A DNA stretch of 64,000 nucleotides from an uncultured Thiohalocapsa sp. (GTDB lineage Bacteria > Pseudomonadota > Gammaproteobacteria > Chromatiales > Chromatiaceae), in assembly GCF_913063425.1 (NCBI RefSeq), contig NZ_CAJXYK010000034.1, positions 911 through 64,910 of the forward strand, written 5' to 3'. Both the position numbers and the translations under genes were made by a program. This document shows, piece by piece, positions 16,315-26,140 of the stretch (the first letter of the stretch is position 1; every line of letters starts with the position of its first letter). The notes beneath the pieces are model-generated. The model was given only the letters and a program-made list of their open reading frames with translations. It did no database searches and had not been told where the DNA came from.

Positions 16315-17124
16315 ATGAGCAATCCACTTCGCCGCTGGTGGCAGCGCCGCCGCCTGGAGCGAGCCCACGCGGACATCGACCCCGCCCTTTGGCCCGAGGT
16401 CTGCGCGGCGCTGCCGCTGCTGGACGGCTTCGACGCCCCCGCCCGCCGCCGACTCATCGACAGCGCGGCGCTGTTTCTGCACCAGAAGACCTTCGAGGCC
16501 GCCGGCGGTGCCGAGCTGTCCCTGCGCACGGGCATGGAGCTGGCCCTGCAGGCGGCGCTGCCGGTGCTGGAGCTGGGGCTCGACTGGTATCAGGGCTGGC
16601 ATGCGGTGATCGTCTACCCGGACGAGTTCGTGCCGGCCCGGGAGGTGGTGGACGAGGACGGGCTGGTTTGGGTGGACGACGAGCCGAAGAGCGGCGAGGC
16701 CTGGGAACAGGGCCCCGTGATCCTGTCGCTGACCGATGCCCTGGATGGCCGCGAGCGCAGCGGTTACAACGTCGTCATCCATGAAATGGCGCACAAGCTC
16801 GACCTGTGCGACGGCGCCGCCAACGGCCATCCGCCGCTGCACCGCGGCATGGACGACACCGCCTGGGCGGGGCACATGCAGCGCGCCTACGACGACCTGT
16901 GTCGGCGCGCCGACGCGGCGCCCGAGCTGTCCCCGGCGCTGTTCATGGTGGACCCCTATGGCGCGACCTCGCCGGCGGAGTTCTTCGCGGTGACCAGCGA
17001 GCTCTTCTTCGAGCTGCCGCACCGCCTGCGGGCGGCGTACCCGGAGGTCTATGCCGAGCTCGCGGACTTTTATCGCCAGGACCCGGCGCTGCGGCTTCGG
17101 CCCGTCAGCGGCCGCTCAGCGTGA
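16315..17124 (+). CDS. mtfA: MtfA/M90-family zinc peptidase
   Basis: VIVYPDEF, GEAWEQGPVILS, NVVIHEMAHKLD, PYGATSPAEFFAV. Confidence 0.9.
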   Translation: MSNPLRRWWQRRRLERAHADIDPALWPEVCAALPLLDGFDAPARRRLIDSAALFLHQKTFEAAGGAELSLRTGMELALQAALPVLELGLDWYQGWHAVIVYPDEFVPAREVVDEDGLVWVDDEPKSGEAWEQGPVILSLTDALDGRERSGYNVVIHEMAHKLDLCDGAANGHPPLHRGMDDTAWAGHMQRAYDDLCRRADAAPELSPALFMVDPYGATSPAEFFAVTSELFFELPHRLRAAYPEVYAELADFYRQDPALRLRPVSGRSA

Positions 17125-17956
17125 GCCGGTTTTCCTGGTCGTCGATGGTGAGCTGGTAGCGCCCGAGCACACTCATGCCGAGCAGCCCGGCGTTGCCGAG
17201 CTTGTCGTCGTCGAGGAAGGCCACGGCGACGTCCGTGACCCGCTGCGCGCCGAGCCAGACGGCATCGAGCCGGCCCGTCAGTGCCTGGGTCATCCCGTTG
17301 GCGGTCTGCACTTCGCGCTCCTGAAGACCGTCCTCGTCGAGGCCCAGGTCCTCGATGAGCGAGTCGGGCAGCACCACGGTGTCGGCGCCGGTGTCGATGA
17401 GCAGTACCCGCGCCAGGCGGCGGCCATCGGCACCCTCCAGCGCCACGCGCACCGAATGCTGGCTGCCCTGGCGGATGGTGGGCAGCTCGATGGGCGCGTC
17501 CGGCGGCGGTCCGCCATCCACGGCCACCAGCGGCTCCGCCGACGTGGCGCCGGGCGCCGTGGCGCCCATCACGATCACCCGCTCCACACCGCCGCGGCCA
17601 TCCTGCACGATGATGTGGTCGAAGCCCTCCAGCAGGGTGCGCAGACGCCGCACCGGGTCTGCGACCGATTCGGCGCGCCCGGTGCTTTCGGCCAGGTGCT
17701 CGTCACCCGTGACCGTGAAGCCGTAGTCGGCGGCGAGGCGGGCAAGCTCGGCCGCCACCGCCACCTGGCGCGCCTCCGGGGTCTCGGGCGGTGCAGCGGG
17801 TGCCGGGGTGGCCGCCGGCAAGGGTGCCGACCAGCCCATGGACACGACGAACAGCAGGGCCGACAGCCGGGTCAGCCCCTGAGCCGGCAATTGAGCTGGC
17901 GACTTGGCCCGCAAGCGGGTCTGCCGCGAGCGCTGCCGGAACGAGAATCTCTGCAT
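17105..17956 (-). CDS. Retropepsin-like aspartic protease with N-terminal extension
   Basis: LLIDTGADTVVL, VQTANG, LLGMSVL. Confidence 0.85.
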   Translation of the reverse strand: MQRFSFRQRSRQTRLRAKSPAQLPAQGLTRLSALLFVVSMGWSAPLPAATPAPAAPPETPEARQVAVAAELARLAADYGFTVTGDEHLAESTGRAESVADPVRRLRTLLEGFDHIIVQDGRGGVERVIVMGATAPGATSAEPLVAVDGGPPPDAPIELPTIRQGSQHSVRVALEGADGRRLARVLLIDTGADTVVLPDSLIEDLGLDEDGLQEREVQTANGMTQALTGRLDAVWLGAQRVTDVAVAFLDDDKLGNAGLLGMSVLGRYQLTIDDQENRLTLSGR

Positions 17957-18112
17957 GACGCACCACAGGTGTTGGTGAGACGCCGCGACCCGATGCGCGG
18001 CGGGACGCTCCGGGTGCTCACCGTCGCAGCATACCAGTGCTCCCGGGTGCCAACCAGATACGGCCATTGCGCCGGCGCGTTGTTAGACTGTGCGCAACCG
18101 CACAGCTGGAGA

Positions 18113-20095
18113 ATGACAGTGGGCCCGTTCGGGAGCGCACGCAACGGTGCGGCCGCAGATGCCGCGCCCGCCGGCGAGGAGGGCATCGCGGCGCAACTGG
18201 CGGCGCTCTTCATCGGCGCCGTTCCGTTGGCGCTGCTGGCGGTGGTCATCAATGCCGCCGTGCTGGGCTGGTTCCTCACGGGCTCCGCATCGCCTGCGAC
18301 ACTCGCCGTCTGGCTCATTGCCATGGGCGCGCTCAGTCTCGCCCGATACCTCGACGCCCGCGCGGCCCACGCCCGGCGCGGCGATGAGCGGGCGCTCGCG
18401 CGTCACCTGCGGCGCGCGCAGGCGGGTGTTCTGCTCTCGGGTGGCCTCTGGGGCGCCGCCAGCGTCTTCCTCTTCCCCGTGGACAACGTCGTCCATCAGG
18501 CCATGCTGACGGTGGTGCTGGCGGGCATTTCCGCGGGGTCGGTCACCACCTTTTCCGTGTGCCTGCGCGTCTGCTGGACCCTGTTGGCGCTCATGCTGCT
18601 GCCGCTGTCCGTGCGGATGCTCATGCAGCAGACCGAGGTGGGCTATGCCATCGCGCTGCTGACGCTGCTCTACTTCGTGCTCATGCTGAGCATCGCCCGG
18701 CGCTATCACGACACCGTGGTGGAGAGCCTGCGGCTTGGGTATGCCCGCGAGCGCGCCGAGGCCACTGTCGTGCAGCAGGCCTATTACGACCCGCTCACCA
18801 CCCTGCCCAACCGGCGCCTGCTCTGTGACCGCCTGCAGCTCGACATCGCCCGCCATGCCCAGCAGGGCCATGTGGGTGCGCTCTTGTACCTGGACATCGA
18901 TCGCTTCCGGCTCGTCAACAATTCCTGCGGACGCGAGGCCGGCAATGCCCTGCTGCGGGCCGTCGCTCAGCGCATCAACGACCTGCTGGGCGGTGCCTAC
19001 AGCATCGCGCGCATCGAGAGCGACCGCTTCGCCATCGTGCTCACAGAGCTCGGCGGCACCACTCCCGCCGCCGCCGATCGTGCCCGCCAGCGGGCCGAGA
19101 ACCTGCGCCGCGTGCTGGCGATGCCGATCGAGCTGGAGGGGCGTGACCTTCAGCTCAGCGCCAGTGTCGGCATCGCCCTCTTCCCCAGCGATGGCGATGC
19201 CCCGGATGACCTGCTGCGGGCGGCGGAATCGGCGCTGGCGCAGGCAAAGAGCGCGGGCCGCGATTGTGCGCGCTTCTATCTGCCGCAGATGCAGGCGGCG
19301 GCAAAGGCGCGCATGGACCTCGAGGGCGCCCTGCGCCGGGCGCTGCGCGACGGTGAGCTGACGCTCCACTACCAGCCGCAATGCGACCGCCACGGGCGCA
19401 TCATCACCGTGGAGGCGCTGATCCGCTGGCCCCGCGGCGACGGCGAGATGGTTGCCAGTCCCAGCGTGTTCGTGCCCCTGGCGGAGGACAGCGGTCTCAT
19501 CCACGAGCTCGGGGAATGGGTGGTGGGCCAGGCGCTGCGGGACATCCGCAGCCTGGATCGGGAAACGGGGGCCGCGCGCCCGCAGCGCATCGCCCTCAAT
19601 GTGAGTCCGGCGCAATTCCGTCAGGTGGACTTCGCCGGCGGGCTTGCCAGCCGCCTGCTGACGGAGCGGCTTGACCCGCAGCGCCTGGAGCTTGAGCTCA
19701 CCGAGCACGTTTTGGTGGCAGACTTCCAGGATACCGTGCGCAAGATGGACCGGCTGCGGGAGCTGGGCGTGCATTTCTCCGTGGATGACTTCGGCACCGG
19801 CTATTCGTCGCTCAGCTACCTGAAGCGGCTGCCGCTGGATGCGCTCAAGATCGACCGCTCCTTCGTCCGTGACGTGGCCAGCGACGCCTCGGACGCAACC
19901 ATCGTCGAGACCATCATCGACATGGCCCACCGCCTGGGTCTGCAGGTCGTCGCCGAGGGTGTGGACAACCCCGCAGTGAAGGCCTTTTTGGAGCAGCGCG
20001 GCTGCGACCGCTACCAGGGCTTTCTGCTGTACCGGCCCCTGCCGCTGCCGACACTCGTGACCACCCTGCGCGAGCAGGTGCGCGCCGCCGGCTGA
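18113..20095 (+). CDS. Membrane-bound GGDEF-EAL protein (degenerate GGDEF, intact EAL)
   Basis: About five TM helices; YYDPLTTLPNR; ESDRF in place of GGDEF; VEALIRW; DDFGTGYSSL. Confidence 0.9.
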   Translation: MTVGPFGSARNGAAADAAPAGEEGIAAQLAALFIGAVPLALLAVVINAAVLGWFLTGSASPATLAVWLIAMGALSLARYLDARAAHARRGDERALARHLRRAQAGVLLSGGLWGAASVFLFPVDNVVHQAMLTVVLAGISAGSVTTFSVCLRVCWTLLALMLLPLSVRMLMQQTEVGYAIALLTLLYFVLMLSIARRYHDTVVESLRLGYARERAEATVVQQAYYDPLTTLPNRRLLCDRLQLDIARHAQQGHVGALLYLDIDRFRLVNNSCGREAGNALLRAVAQRINDLLGGAYSIARIESDRFAIVLTELGGTTPAAADRARQRAENLRRVLAMPIELEGRDLQLSASVGIALFPSDGDAPDDLLRAAESALAQAKSAGRDCARFYLPQMQAAAKARMDLEGALRRALRDGELTLHYQPQCDRHGRIITVEALIRWPRGDGEMVASPSVFVPLAEDSGLIHELGEWVVGQALRDIRSLDRETGAARPQRIALNVSPAQFRQVDFAGGLASRLLTERLDPQRLELELTEHVLVADFQDTVRKMDRLRELGVHFSVDDFGTGYSSLSYLKRLPLDALKIDRSFVRDVASDASDATIVETIIDMAHRLGLQVVAEGVDNPAVKAFLEQRGCDRYQGFLLYRPLPLPTLVTTLREQVRAAG

Positions 20096-20267
20096 CCGGG
20101 CGCCGAGGTGCCTACCGGCCAGCGCTGATTCATCGCGTCCCGTGCAGGCAGGCGCGCGCCGACGCGCACCCTGCCGCGCATGCGCTCCGCCGGTTCCATG
20201 GCCTGATCGGCCGTGCGGCCGCGCCGGGCGTCATCCTTCCACCAGACGCGGCGCTCCGACGCGAAGC

Positions 20268-23200
20268 TCATCGCGCCCCGAATCGCAGGTACAACGCCGG
20301 CACTACCAGCATGTTCAGCGCCGTCGAAGACAAGAGCCCCCACAGCATGACGATGGCCATGGGCGTTTGCAGCTCGCTGCCGGGCTGACCGCCGGCCAGT
20401 GCCAGCGGCACCAGGGCGAGGCCCGCCGAGAGGGCTGTCATCAGGATCGGCGCCAGGCGCTCCATCGCGCCGCGGCGGACGGCGGCGCGGAAGTCGACCA
20501 TGTGCTCGTCTTCCACCAGATGACGGATATGGGTCACCAGCATGACGCCGTTGCGGGTGGCGATGCCGAAGAGCGCGATGAAGCCGACGATGGCGGCCAC
20601 GGAGACGACGCCGCCGGCGGCATAGACGCCGAAGATGCCGCCCACCAGCGCCAGCGGCAGATTGAGCATGACCAGGGCTGCATCGCCCGCGGAGCGGAAG
20701 GCGACGGTGAGCAGCAGGAAGATGCCGACGACGACACCGGCGCCCAGGATCAGCAGGGTCCGGCGCGCCTGGGCGGCGCTCTGGAACTGGCCGCCGTAGG
20801 CGATGCGATAGCCCAAGGGCAATTTCACCTGCTCAGCCACGGCCCGCTGGATATTGGTCACCACCGAGCGCAGGTCCGTCCCGGCGCCGTTCGCGGCTAC
20901 GTTGGCGGAGACCACGATCTTGCGCTGCACGTCTTCGCGGCTCACGGTATTCGGTCCGCGGTCGCGGCGGATGTCGGCGAGCGCGTGCAGGGGCAGCCGA
21001 GCGCCATCGGGGGTGGTGATGAGGGTCTCACGGATGCGCTGAAGGTCTTCCCGGGCGCTGTCCGGATAGCGCATGACCAGATCGAAGCTGCGCTGGCCCT
21101 CCAGCACGCGGGAGACCCGGCTGCCGTAGAAGGCGGCCTCGATGGCGCGGGAGACCTCGGCGACGCGCAGCCCGTGGCGGGCCAGCGCAGCGCGGTCGAA
21201 GTCGATGTGCACGAAGGGGATGTCCGCCTGCTGCTCGACGAACAGGTCGACGACGCCGGGCACGCCCCGCATGGCCGCTTCCACCTCGCGGGCGAGGCGC
21301 CGCAGCTCGTACAGGTCGTCGCCGAACAGCTTCACCGCCACCGCGGCGCGGGTGCCCGAGAGCATGTGATCGACCCGGTGGCTGATGGGCTGGCCGATGG
21401 TGATGGACAGGCCCGGCACCTGGGCCACGCGCTCGCGCAGGGTGGCGAGCAAATGGTCCATGTCGCGGGTGCCGCCACCCTGGCCTGTCAGGTCGAGGCT
21501 GACCTCGATCTCGGTGCTGTTCGCCTCCTGGGTGTGCTCGGCGAGCTCCGAGCGCCCGGTGCGCCGGGTGGTGCCGATGACCTCCGGCTGCTCCAGCAGG
21601 GCCGCCTCCAATTGCGAGGCCAGGGCATCGGACTGCGCCAGCGAGGTGCCGGGCGGTGTGCTGGCGAGGATGGTGAGGCTGCCCTCGTTGAAGGGCGGCA
21701 GGAAGGTCTGGCCCGCCTGGCTCAGTGCCACCAGGGCCGCGGCCAGCAGCAGAAAGGACGACCCCGCCAGCAGCTTCCAGCGCCGCAGTGTCGCATCCAG
21801 CAGCGGCCCATAGCCGGCCTTGAGCCAGCGCACCAGGGCCGGCTCGCGACCACTGCGGATGGCCCCGGAGCGCGGCAGCAGGATGCAGGACAGCACCGGC
21901 GTGACGGTGACCGCCACCAGCAGCGAGGCCGCCAGTGCTACCACGTAGGCGAGCCCCAGGGGTGCGAGCAGCCGGCCCTCCACGCCGCTCAGGAAAAACA
22001 ACGGCAGGAAGACCAGGATGATGATCAGGGTCGCGAAGACGATGCTGGACTGGATCTCGTGAGTGGCGGCGTAGACGACGGCGAGGGTCGGCCGGCGCGC
22101 CTCGGCGGGCAGGGCGGCGTTCTCGCGCAGGCGCCGGGCGATGTTCTCCACGTCGATGATGGCGTCGTCCACCAGGGCGCCGACGGCGATGGCCATGCCG
22201 CCCAGGGTCATGGTGTTGATGCTGGCACCCAGGGCCTCCAGCACCAGCACCGCGGCGAGCAGGGACAGGGGGATCGCGAGCGCCGTGATGACCGTTGCGG
22301 TGGCGCTCCACAGGAACAGGAACACGATCAGCACCACCAGGATGGCGCCGTCGCGCAGGGCCGCCTCCACGTTGTCAACGGCAAGCTGGATGAAGTCCGC
22401 CTGACGGAACAACCCGGTCTCGATCTCCATGCCCGCCGGCAGGCTCCGCTGGATCTCGGCAATGCGCCGGTCCAGGCGCGAGGTCAAGGCCAGGGTGTTG
22501 GCGTCCGGCTGCTTCTGGATGGCCAGCACCACTGCCGGCGCACCGTTGGCGGAGGCCGCGCCCCGGCGCACCGCCGGGCCGATGCGCACCTCGGCGACGT
22601 CGTGGATATGCACCGGCACGCCGCCGCGCTCGGCGATGACGGTGGCGGCGATGTCCTCGGCGCCATGTACCCGGCCCAGGCCGTAGATCAGGTATTCCTG
22701 GCCGTTCTCGGCGAGGAAGCCGGCGGAGGTGTTGGTGTTGGTCTCGACGAGCGCCGCGCGCACCTGGTCGATGCCGATGCGGTAGTCGGCGAGCTTGAGC
22801 GGGTCCAGCAGTACCTGATACTGCCTTGTGTCGCCGCCCGTGGGCACGATCTGCGCCACGCCGGGCACCGCCAGCAGCTGCCGGCGCAGGGTCCAGTCGG
22901 CCTCGGTCTTGAGGGTCATGGCGTCGTGGCGGGGGCGGCCGTCGGCATCCAGCGCCGAGCGCAGCGCGATGTACATGACCTCCCCCATGATGGAGGTCAC
23001 CGGCGCCAGCGTCGGCGGGGCCATGTCCGGCGGCAGCGAGGGCAGGGCGGTCTGCAGCCGCTCGGCGACGATCTGGCGAGCGCGGTAGATATCCGCGCCC
23101 CAGTCGAATTCCACGTAGACGATGGCCGCGCCGATGCTGGTGGACGAGCGGATGCGGCGCACGCCGGACGCGCCGTTCATGGCGGTTTCGATGGGGACGG

Positions 23201-23396
23201 TGACCAGGGTCTCCATCTCCACCGGGGCGAGCCCCGGGGCCTCCGCGAGGATGGTCACCGTGGGCGCGGTGAGGTCCGGGAAGACATCCACCGGCATCTG
23301 CAGGGCGCGATGGGTGCCGTAGCCGAGCAGCAGCACGGCGGCGGCGAGGACGAACAGCCGGTTGCGCAGGGACCAGTCGATCAGGGTGCCGATCAT
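20268..23396 (-). CDS. CusA/CzcA-family heavy-metal RND efflux permease
   Basis: MPVDVFPDLT, GALVDDAIIDVEN, IATRNGVML, ERLAPILMTAL. Confidence 0.93.
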   Translation of the reverse strand: MIGTLIDWSLRNRLFVLAAAVLLLGYGTHRALQMPVDVFPDLTAPTVTILAEAPGLAPVEMETLVTVPIETAMNGASGVRRIRSSTSIGAAIVYVEFDWGADIYRARQIVAERLQTALPSLPPDMAPPTLAPVTSIMGEVMYIALRSALDADGRPRHDAMTLKTEADWTLRRQLLAVPGVAQIVPTGGDTRQYQVLLDPLKLADYRIGIDQVRAALVETNTNTSAGFLAENGQEYLIYGLGRVHGAEDIAATVIAERGGVPVHIHDVAEVRIGPAVRRGAASANGAPAVVLAIQKQPDANTLALTSRLDRRIAEIQRSLPAGMEIETGLFRQADFIQLAVDNVEAALRDGAILVVLIVFLFLWSATATVITALAIPLSLLAAVLVLEALGASINTMTLGGMAIAVGALVDDAIIDVENIARRLRENAALPAEARRPTLAVVYAATHEIQSSIVFATLIIILVFLPLFFLSGVEGRLLAPLGLAYVVALAASLLVAVTVTPVLSCILLPRSGAIRSGREPALVRWLKAGYGPLLDATLRRWKLLAGSSFLLLAAALVALSQAGQTFLPPFNEGSLTILASTPPGTSLAQSDALASQLEAALLEQPEVIGTTRRTGRSELAEHTQEANSTEIEVSLDLTGQGGGTRDMDHLLATLRERVAQVPGLSITIGQPISHRVDHMLSGTRAAVAVKLFGDDLYELRRLAREVEAAMRGVPGVVDLFVEQQADIPFVHIDFDRAALARHGLRVAEVSRAIEAAFYGSRVSRVLEGQRSFDLVMRYPDSAREDLQRIRETLITTPDGARLPLHALADIRRDRGPNTVSREDVQRKIVVSANVAANGAGTDLRSVVTNIQRAVAEQVKLPLGYRIAYGGQFQSAAQARRTLLILGAGVVVGIFLLLTVAFRSAGDAALVMLNLPLALVGGIFGVYAAGGVVSVAAIVGFIALFGIATRNGVMLVTHIRHLVEDEHMVDFRAAVRRGAMERLAPILMTALSAGLALVPLALAGGQPGSELQTPMAIVMLWGLLSSTALNMLVVPALYLRFGAR

Positions 23397-23406
23397 GCCC
23401 GCGCCC

Positions 23407-25500
23407 TCAGTGGTCGTGGCCGTGATGCTGGCCGGCATCGGCCTCTGCTCCGGCGGCCAGGTGCACCAGATAGGCGCCGCGGCTCACCACCCGCTCGCCC
23501 AGCCGCACGCCGTCATGGACGCCGACAAGGTCACGGTCGCGCAGCCCCGTGTGCACCAGTCGGCGCTCGAAGCGGTCGCCGCCCACCTGCACATAGACCA
23601 CGTCGGCACCGGCATCATTGACCAGGGCCCCGGCGGGGACCACCAGGGTGTGCGAGGCCTCCCCGGTGTAGACCCGGGCACCGACCGACTGCCCCACCCG
23701 CAGCCGCTCGCCGTTGTCATACGCGCTGGGCGCGAATTCGAGCACCACGGGCACGGTGCGGCTCTCCGGGTCCACCATGGCGCCGTAGGTCACCAGCCGG
23801 GCGCCGGTGGCCGGTGTCAGGACGAACACCTGGCCGCCACCCGCAGCCTCGGCGCCGTGCAGGCCCCGCACTCGGAACCAGGCGCCGACGGGGGTCTGGA
23901 TGCGGCCAATGTCTGCTTCCGCCACCCGTGCATCCAGCCACAGGCGCTCGGGGCTCACCAGGTGGAACAGCCGCGCGCCCTCCTCCACGAAGGCGCCGGG
24001 GGCCACCTCGACCCGGGCGACCACGCCGCCAATGGGGGCGCGCACGGGCACGCCGGCGCCTTCGCCCTCTTCGGTGCGCTGGATCTGGGCCAGTCGGCGG
24101 CGGGCCGCGGACAGCTCCGCCGCGGCCACGTCCTCGTCACCCCGGGCCTGAAGCACCTCCCGGAACGGGATCGAGCGGTCCTCCCACAGGGCATCCAGCC
24201 GCTCGCGCTCCTGGCGGGCCAGGTCCAGCGCGGTCTCGGCGCGGGTGACGGCGAGCTCCAGGCCCGCGACATCCGCCTCGCCGCTCAGGCGCGGCACCAG
24301 GTAGGCGAGGGTCTGCCCCGCCGCCACCTGCATGCCGGTGTACGGGAAGCCGCCAGCTGCCGGGCGCAGATGGGCGTCGATGGGCGCCGTGACATGGGCA
24401 TCACCATCGGCGCTCGCACGCAGCACGCCGGTGGCGGGGACTGAGCCCCGCAGGAGGCGCCGCTCGACCGCGGCGGTGGCGAAGTCCGAGAGCCATTGCT
24501 GCTCCTTGGTCAGCTGAACGCTGGCGCCTGCCGCCGCGGGCTGTGCCGGGGCCGGGTGATCATGGTCCCACTGCTGATGGGAGTCGCCGGCGTGATCATG
24601 CGCTCCCGCGGGGGCGCTGTCGTGGTCATGACCGTGGTCCCGGGCATCGCCGGCCTCATGGTCATGCTCGTCGTCGTCCGCGTCCGCGTCCGCGTGCGCG
24701 TGCGCGTGCGCGTCCGCGTCCGCGTGCTCGTGCGCGTGCTCGTGCTCCGCTCGCTGGTCGTGGTCCGGCGCGTGGGTATGCCCATCGGCGTGCATGCCTC
24801 GCGTACCTGGCTGCGCCACCGATACCTTCAGGGCAAAGCGAGCCGTCGTCTCTCCGTCGGCCCAGGACAGTGCCAGCTGATGATGTCCGGCGCGGTCCGG
24901 CGTCAGCCGCAGTCGATAGACACCGGGGCGGCTCGGCTCGGCGACCTCTGCGGCAATTGCCGCGGGCTGACCCCTGGCGCTGTCATGCCCTTCCGACCCG
25001 AGCTCGGGGGTCAGGGATGCCGTGACCCTGCCACGATGCAGGGGCGAGAAGTCCGACAGCCGCGTCAGAAAGATCAGCAGCTCCGCGGACTCGCCGGCGA
25101 CCAATGGCGGGTGCTCGAGGAACAGCTCGACATCCTGCGTCCAACGGGTCGCCGTCAGGATCTCCTCGGGGTCCGCGTCATGGTCGTGGTCATCCGCGTG
25201 TGGATGCTCGCCGCCGAGCGCTTCGATCAGCCAATGCTGGAGGCGATGCCACAGCGAGTCGTTCAAGTGCGCGTCCGGGGCGTGCGCGTGCTGGTGCCCG
25301 GTATCCTGGACAGCAGCCCGCCTCCCGGGTTGGTCATGGCCTTGCTGCGCGGCGGCATGGGCATGCATGTGCAGGCCCGCTGTGACGGCTGCGGTGCCTT
25401 CCGCTGCGTTCATTCCCCGGGCCGCAGTCAGGGCAGGGATCAGGACAAGGAACAGGGCGAATGTCCGCCGCGGGCGGACGACAAGCAGTTTGCGTGGCAC
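23407..25500 (-). CDS. RND periplasmic adaptor with long His-rich N-terminal region
   Basis: Adaptor core (VRAPIGGVV, ARVAEADI, VDPESRTV) preceded by His/Asp tracts; GTG start. Confidence 0.9.
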   Translation of the reverse strand: MPRKLLVVRPRRTFALFLVLIPALTAARGMNAAEGTAAVTAGLHMHAHAAAQQGHDQPGRRAAVQDTGHQHAHAPDAHLNDSLWHRLQHWLIEALGGEHPHADDHDHDADPEEILTATRWTQDVELFLEHPPLVAGESAELLIFLTRLSDFSPLHRGRVTASLTPELGSEGHDSARGQPAAIAAEVAEPSRPGVYRLRLTPDRAGHHQLALSWADGETTARFALKVSVAQPGTRGMHADGHTHAPDHDQRAEHEHAHEHADADAHAHAHADADADDDEHDHEAGDARDHGHDHDSAPAGAHDHAGDSHQQWDHDHPAPAQPAAAGASVQLTKEQQWLSDFATAAVERRLLRGSVPATGVLRASADGDAHVTAPIDAHLRPAAGGFPYTGMQVAAGQTLAYLVPRLSGEADVAGLELAVTRAETALDLARQERERLDALWEDRSIPFREVLQARGDEDVAAAELSAARRRLAQIQRTEEGEGAGVPVRAPIGGVVARVEVAPGAFVEEGARLFHLVSPERLWLDARVAEADIGRIQTPVGAWFRVRGLHGAEAAGGGQVFVLTPATGARLVTYGAMVDPESRTVPVVLEFAPSAYDNGERLRVGQSVGARVYTGEASHTLVVPAGALVNDAGADVVYVQVGGDRFERRLVHTGLRDRDLVGVHDGVRLGERVVSRGAYLVHLAAGAEADAGQHHGHDH
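24676..24747 (-). repeat. In-frame hexamer repeat tract encoding (H/D-A/E)n
   Basis: GTCCGC/GTGCGC/GTGCTC units on the + strand. Confidence 0.8.
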
Positions 25501-25578
25501 GCTCCATCATCTCCATCGCTTTGAGAACGAATGCCGTGGGCGACGGGCAGGGCGTCGCCTCCGGGCTCGGCGTCGGGC

Positions 25579-25992
25579 TCAAGCGCTGGCGCGAGGTGGG
25601 CGTTCGGGCGGGGAGAGGCGCTGAGATCGCCAGGTCGCGCGATACGACACCGGATGCTGGCGGATCAGGTGGACGCCGACGGCAGGGCAGCAGCCGGGCA
25701 GGCCCGGCAGGTGGGCCCCGGCCTGGCAGGCCGGACCACAGGCGTGGTCATCAGCCTCATGGTTCTGCGACGCGGATGCGGCGGGCATGGGGCCAGAGGT
25801 CAGTGACGAGTCCCGACCCTGGTCAGCATGGGCTGAGAGGTGCGCATGGTGGCCGGCCTGTGCCTGTGATGCAACACGCCCATGTGCGGACAACGCATGC
25901 TGCGACGCGATGACAGCCGCCATGGACGGCTGCAGGAGCATTATCAGGGCTGTCAGCAGCGGGATGACCCAATCACGATGGCGCGCATTCAC
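25579..25992 (-). CDS. DUF2946/CzcI-like small exported His/Cys protein
   Basis: Hydrophobic N-terminus VIPLLTALIMLLQPSMAA; His patches; CGPACQ...CC; C-terminal PPERPPR. Confidence 0.6.
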   Translation of the reverse strand: MNARHRDWVIPLLTALIMLLQPSMAAVIASQHALSAHGRVASQAQAGHHAHLSAHADQGRDSSLTSGPMPAASASQNHEADDHACGPACQAGAHLPGLPGCCPAVGVHLIRQHPVSYRATWRSQRLSPPERPPRASA

Positions 25993-26140
25993 GGCAAAGC
26001 ACCCGACTCCATCTTGCCAGAAGCGGTCCGCTGGCGGAGCCGGCACGACCTCGCAGCGTCGTATGCCGGATCAGGACTGCACTCGGCTTTCCGCCGCCCC
26101 GCAGATTGGCGCCGGCGGCAGGAGACCGCAACCCGCCCGG

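Noticed and set aside
20142-23621. 1159-aa + strand ORF and other long antisense ORFs (e.g. 9168-11249, 18083-19930, 28719-31046, 32533-34845, 41744-44011)
   Set aside because: Shadow frames opposite well-supported genes, expected at high GC.
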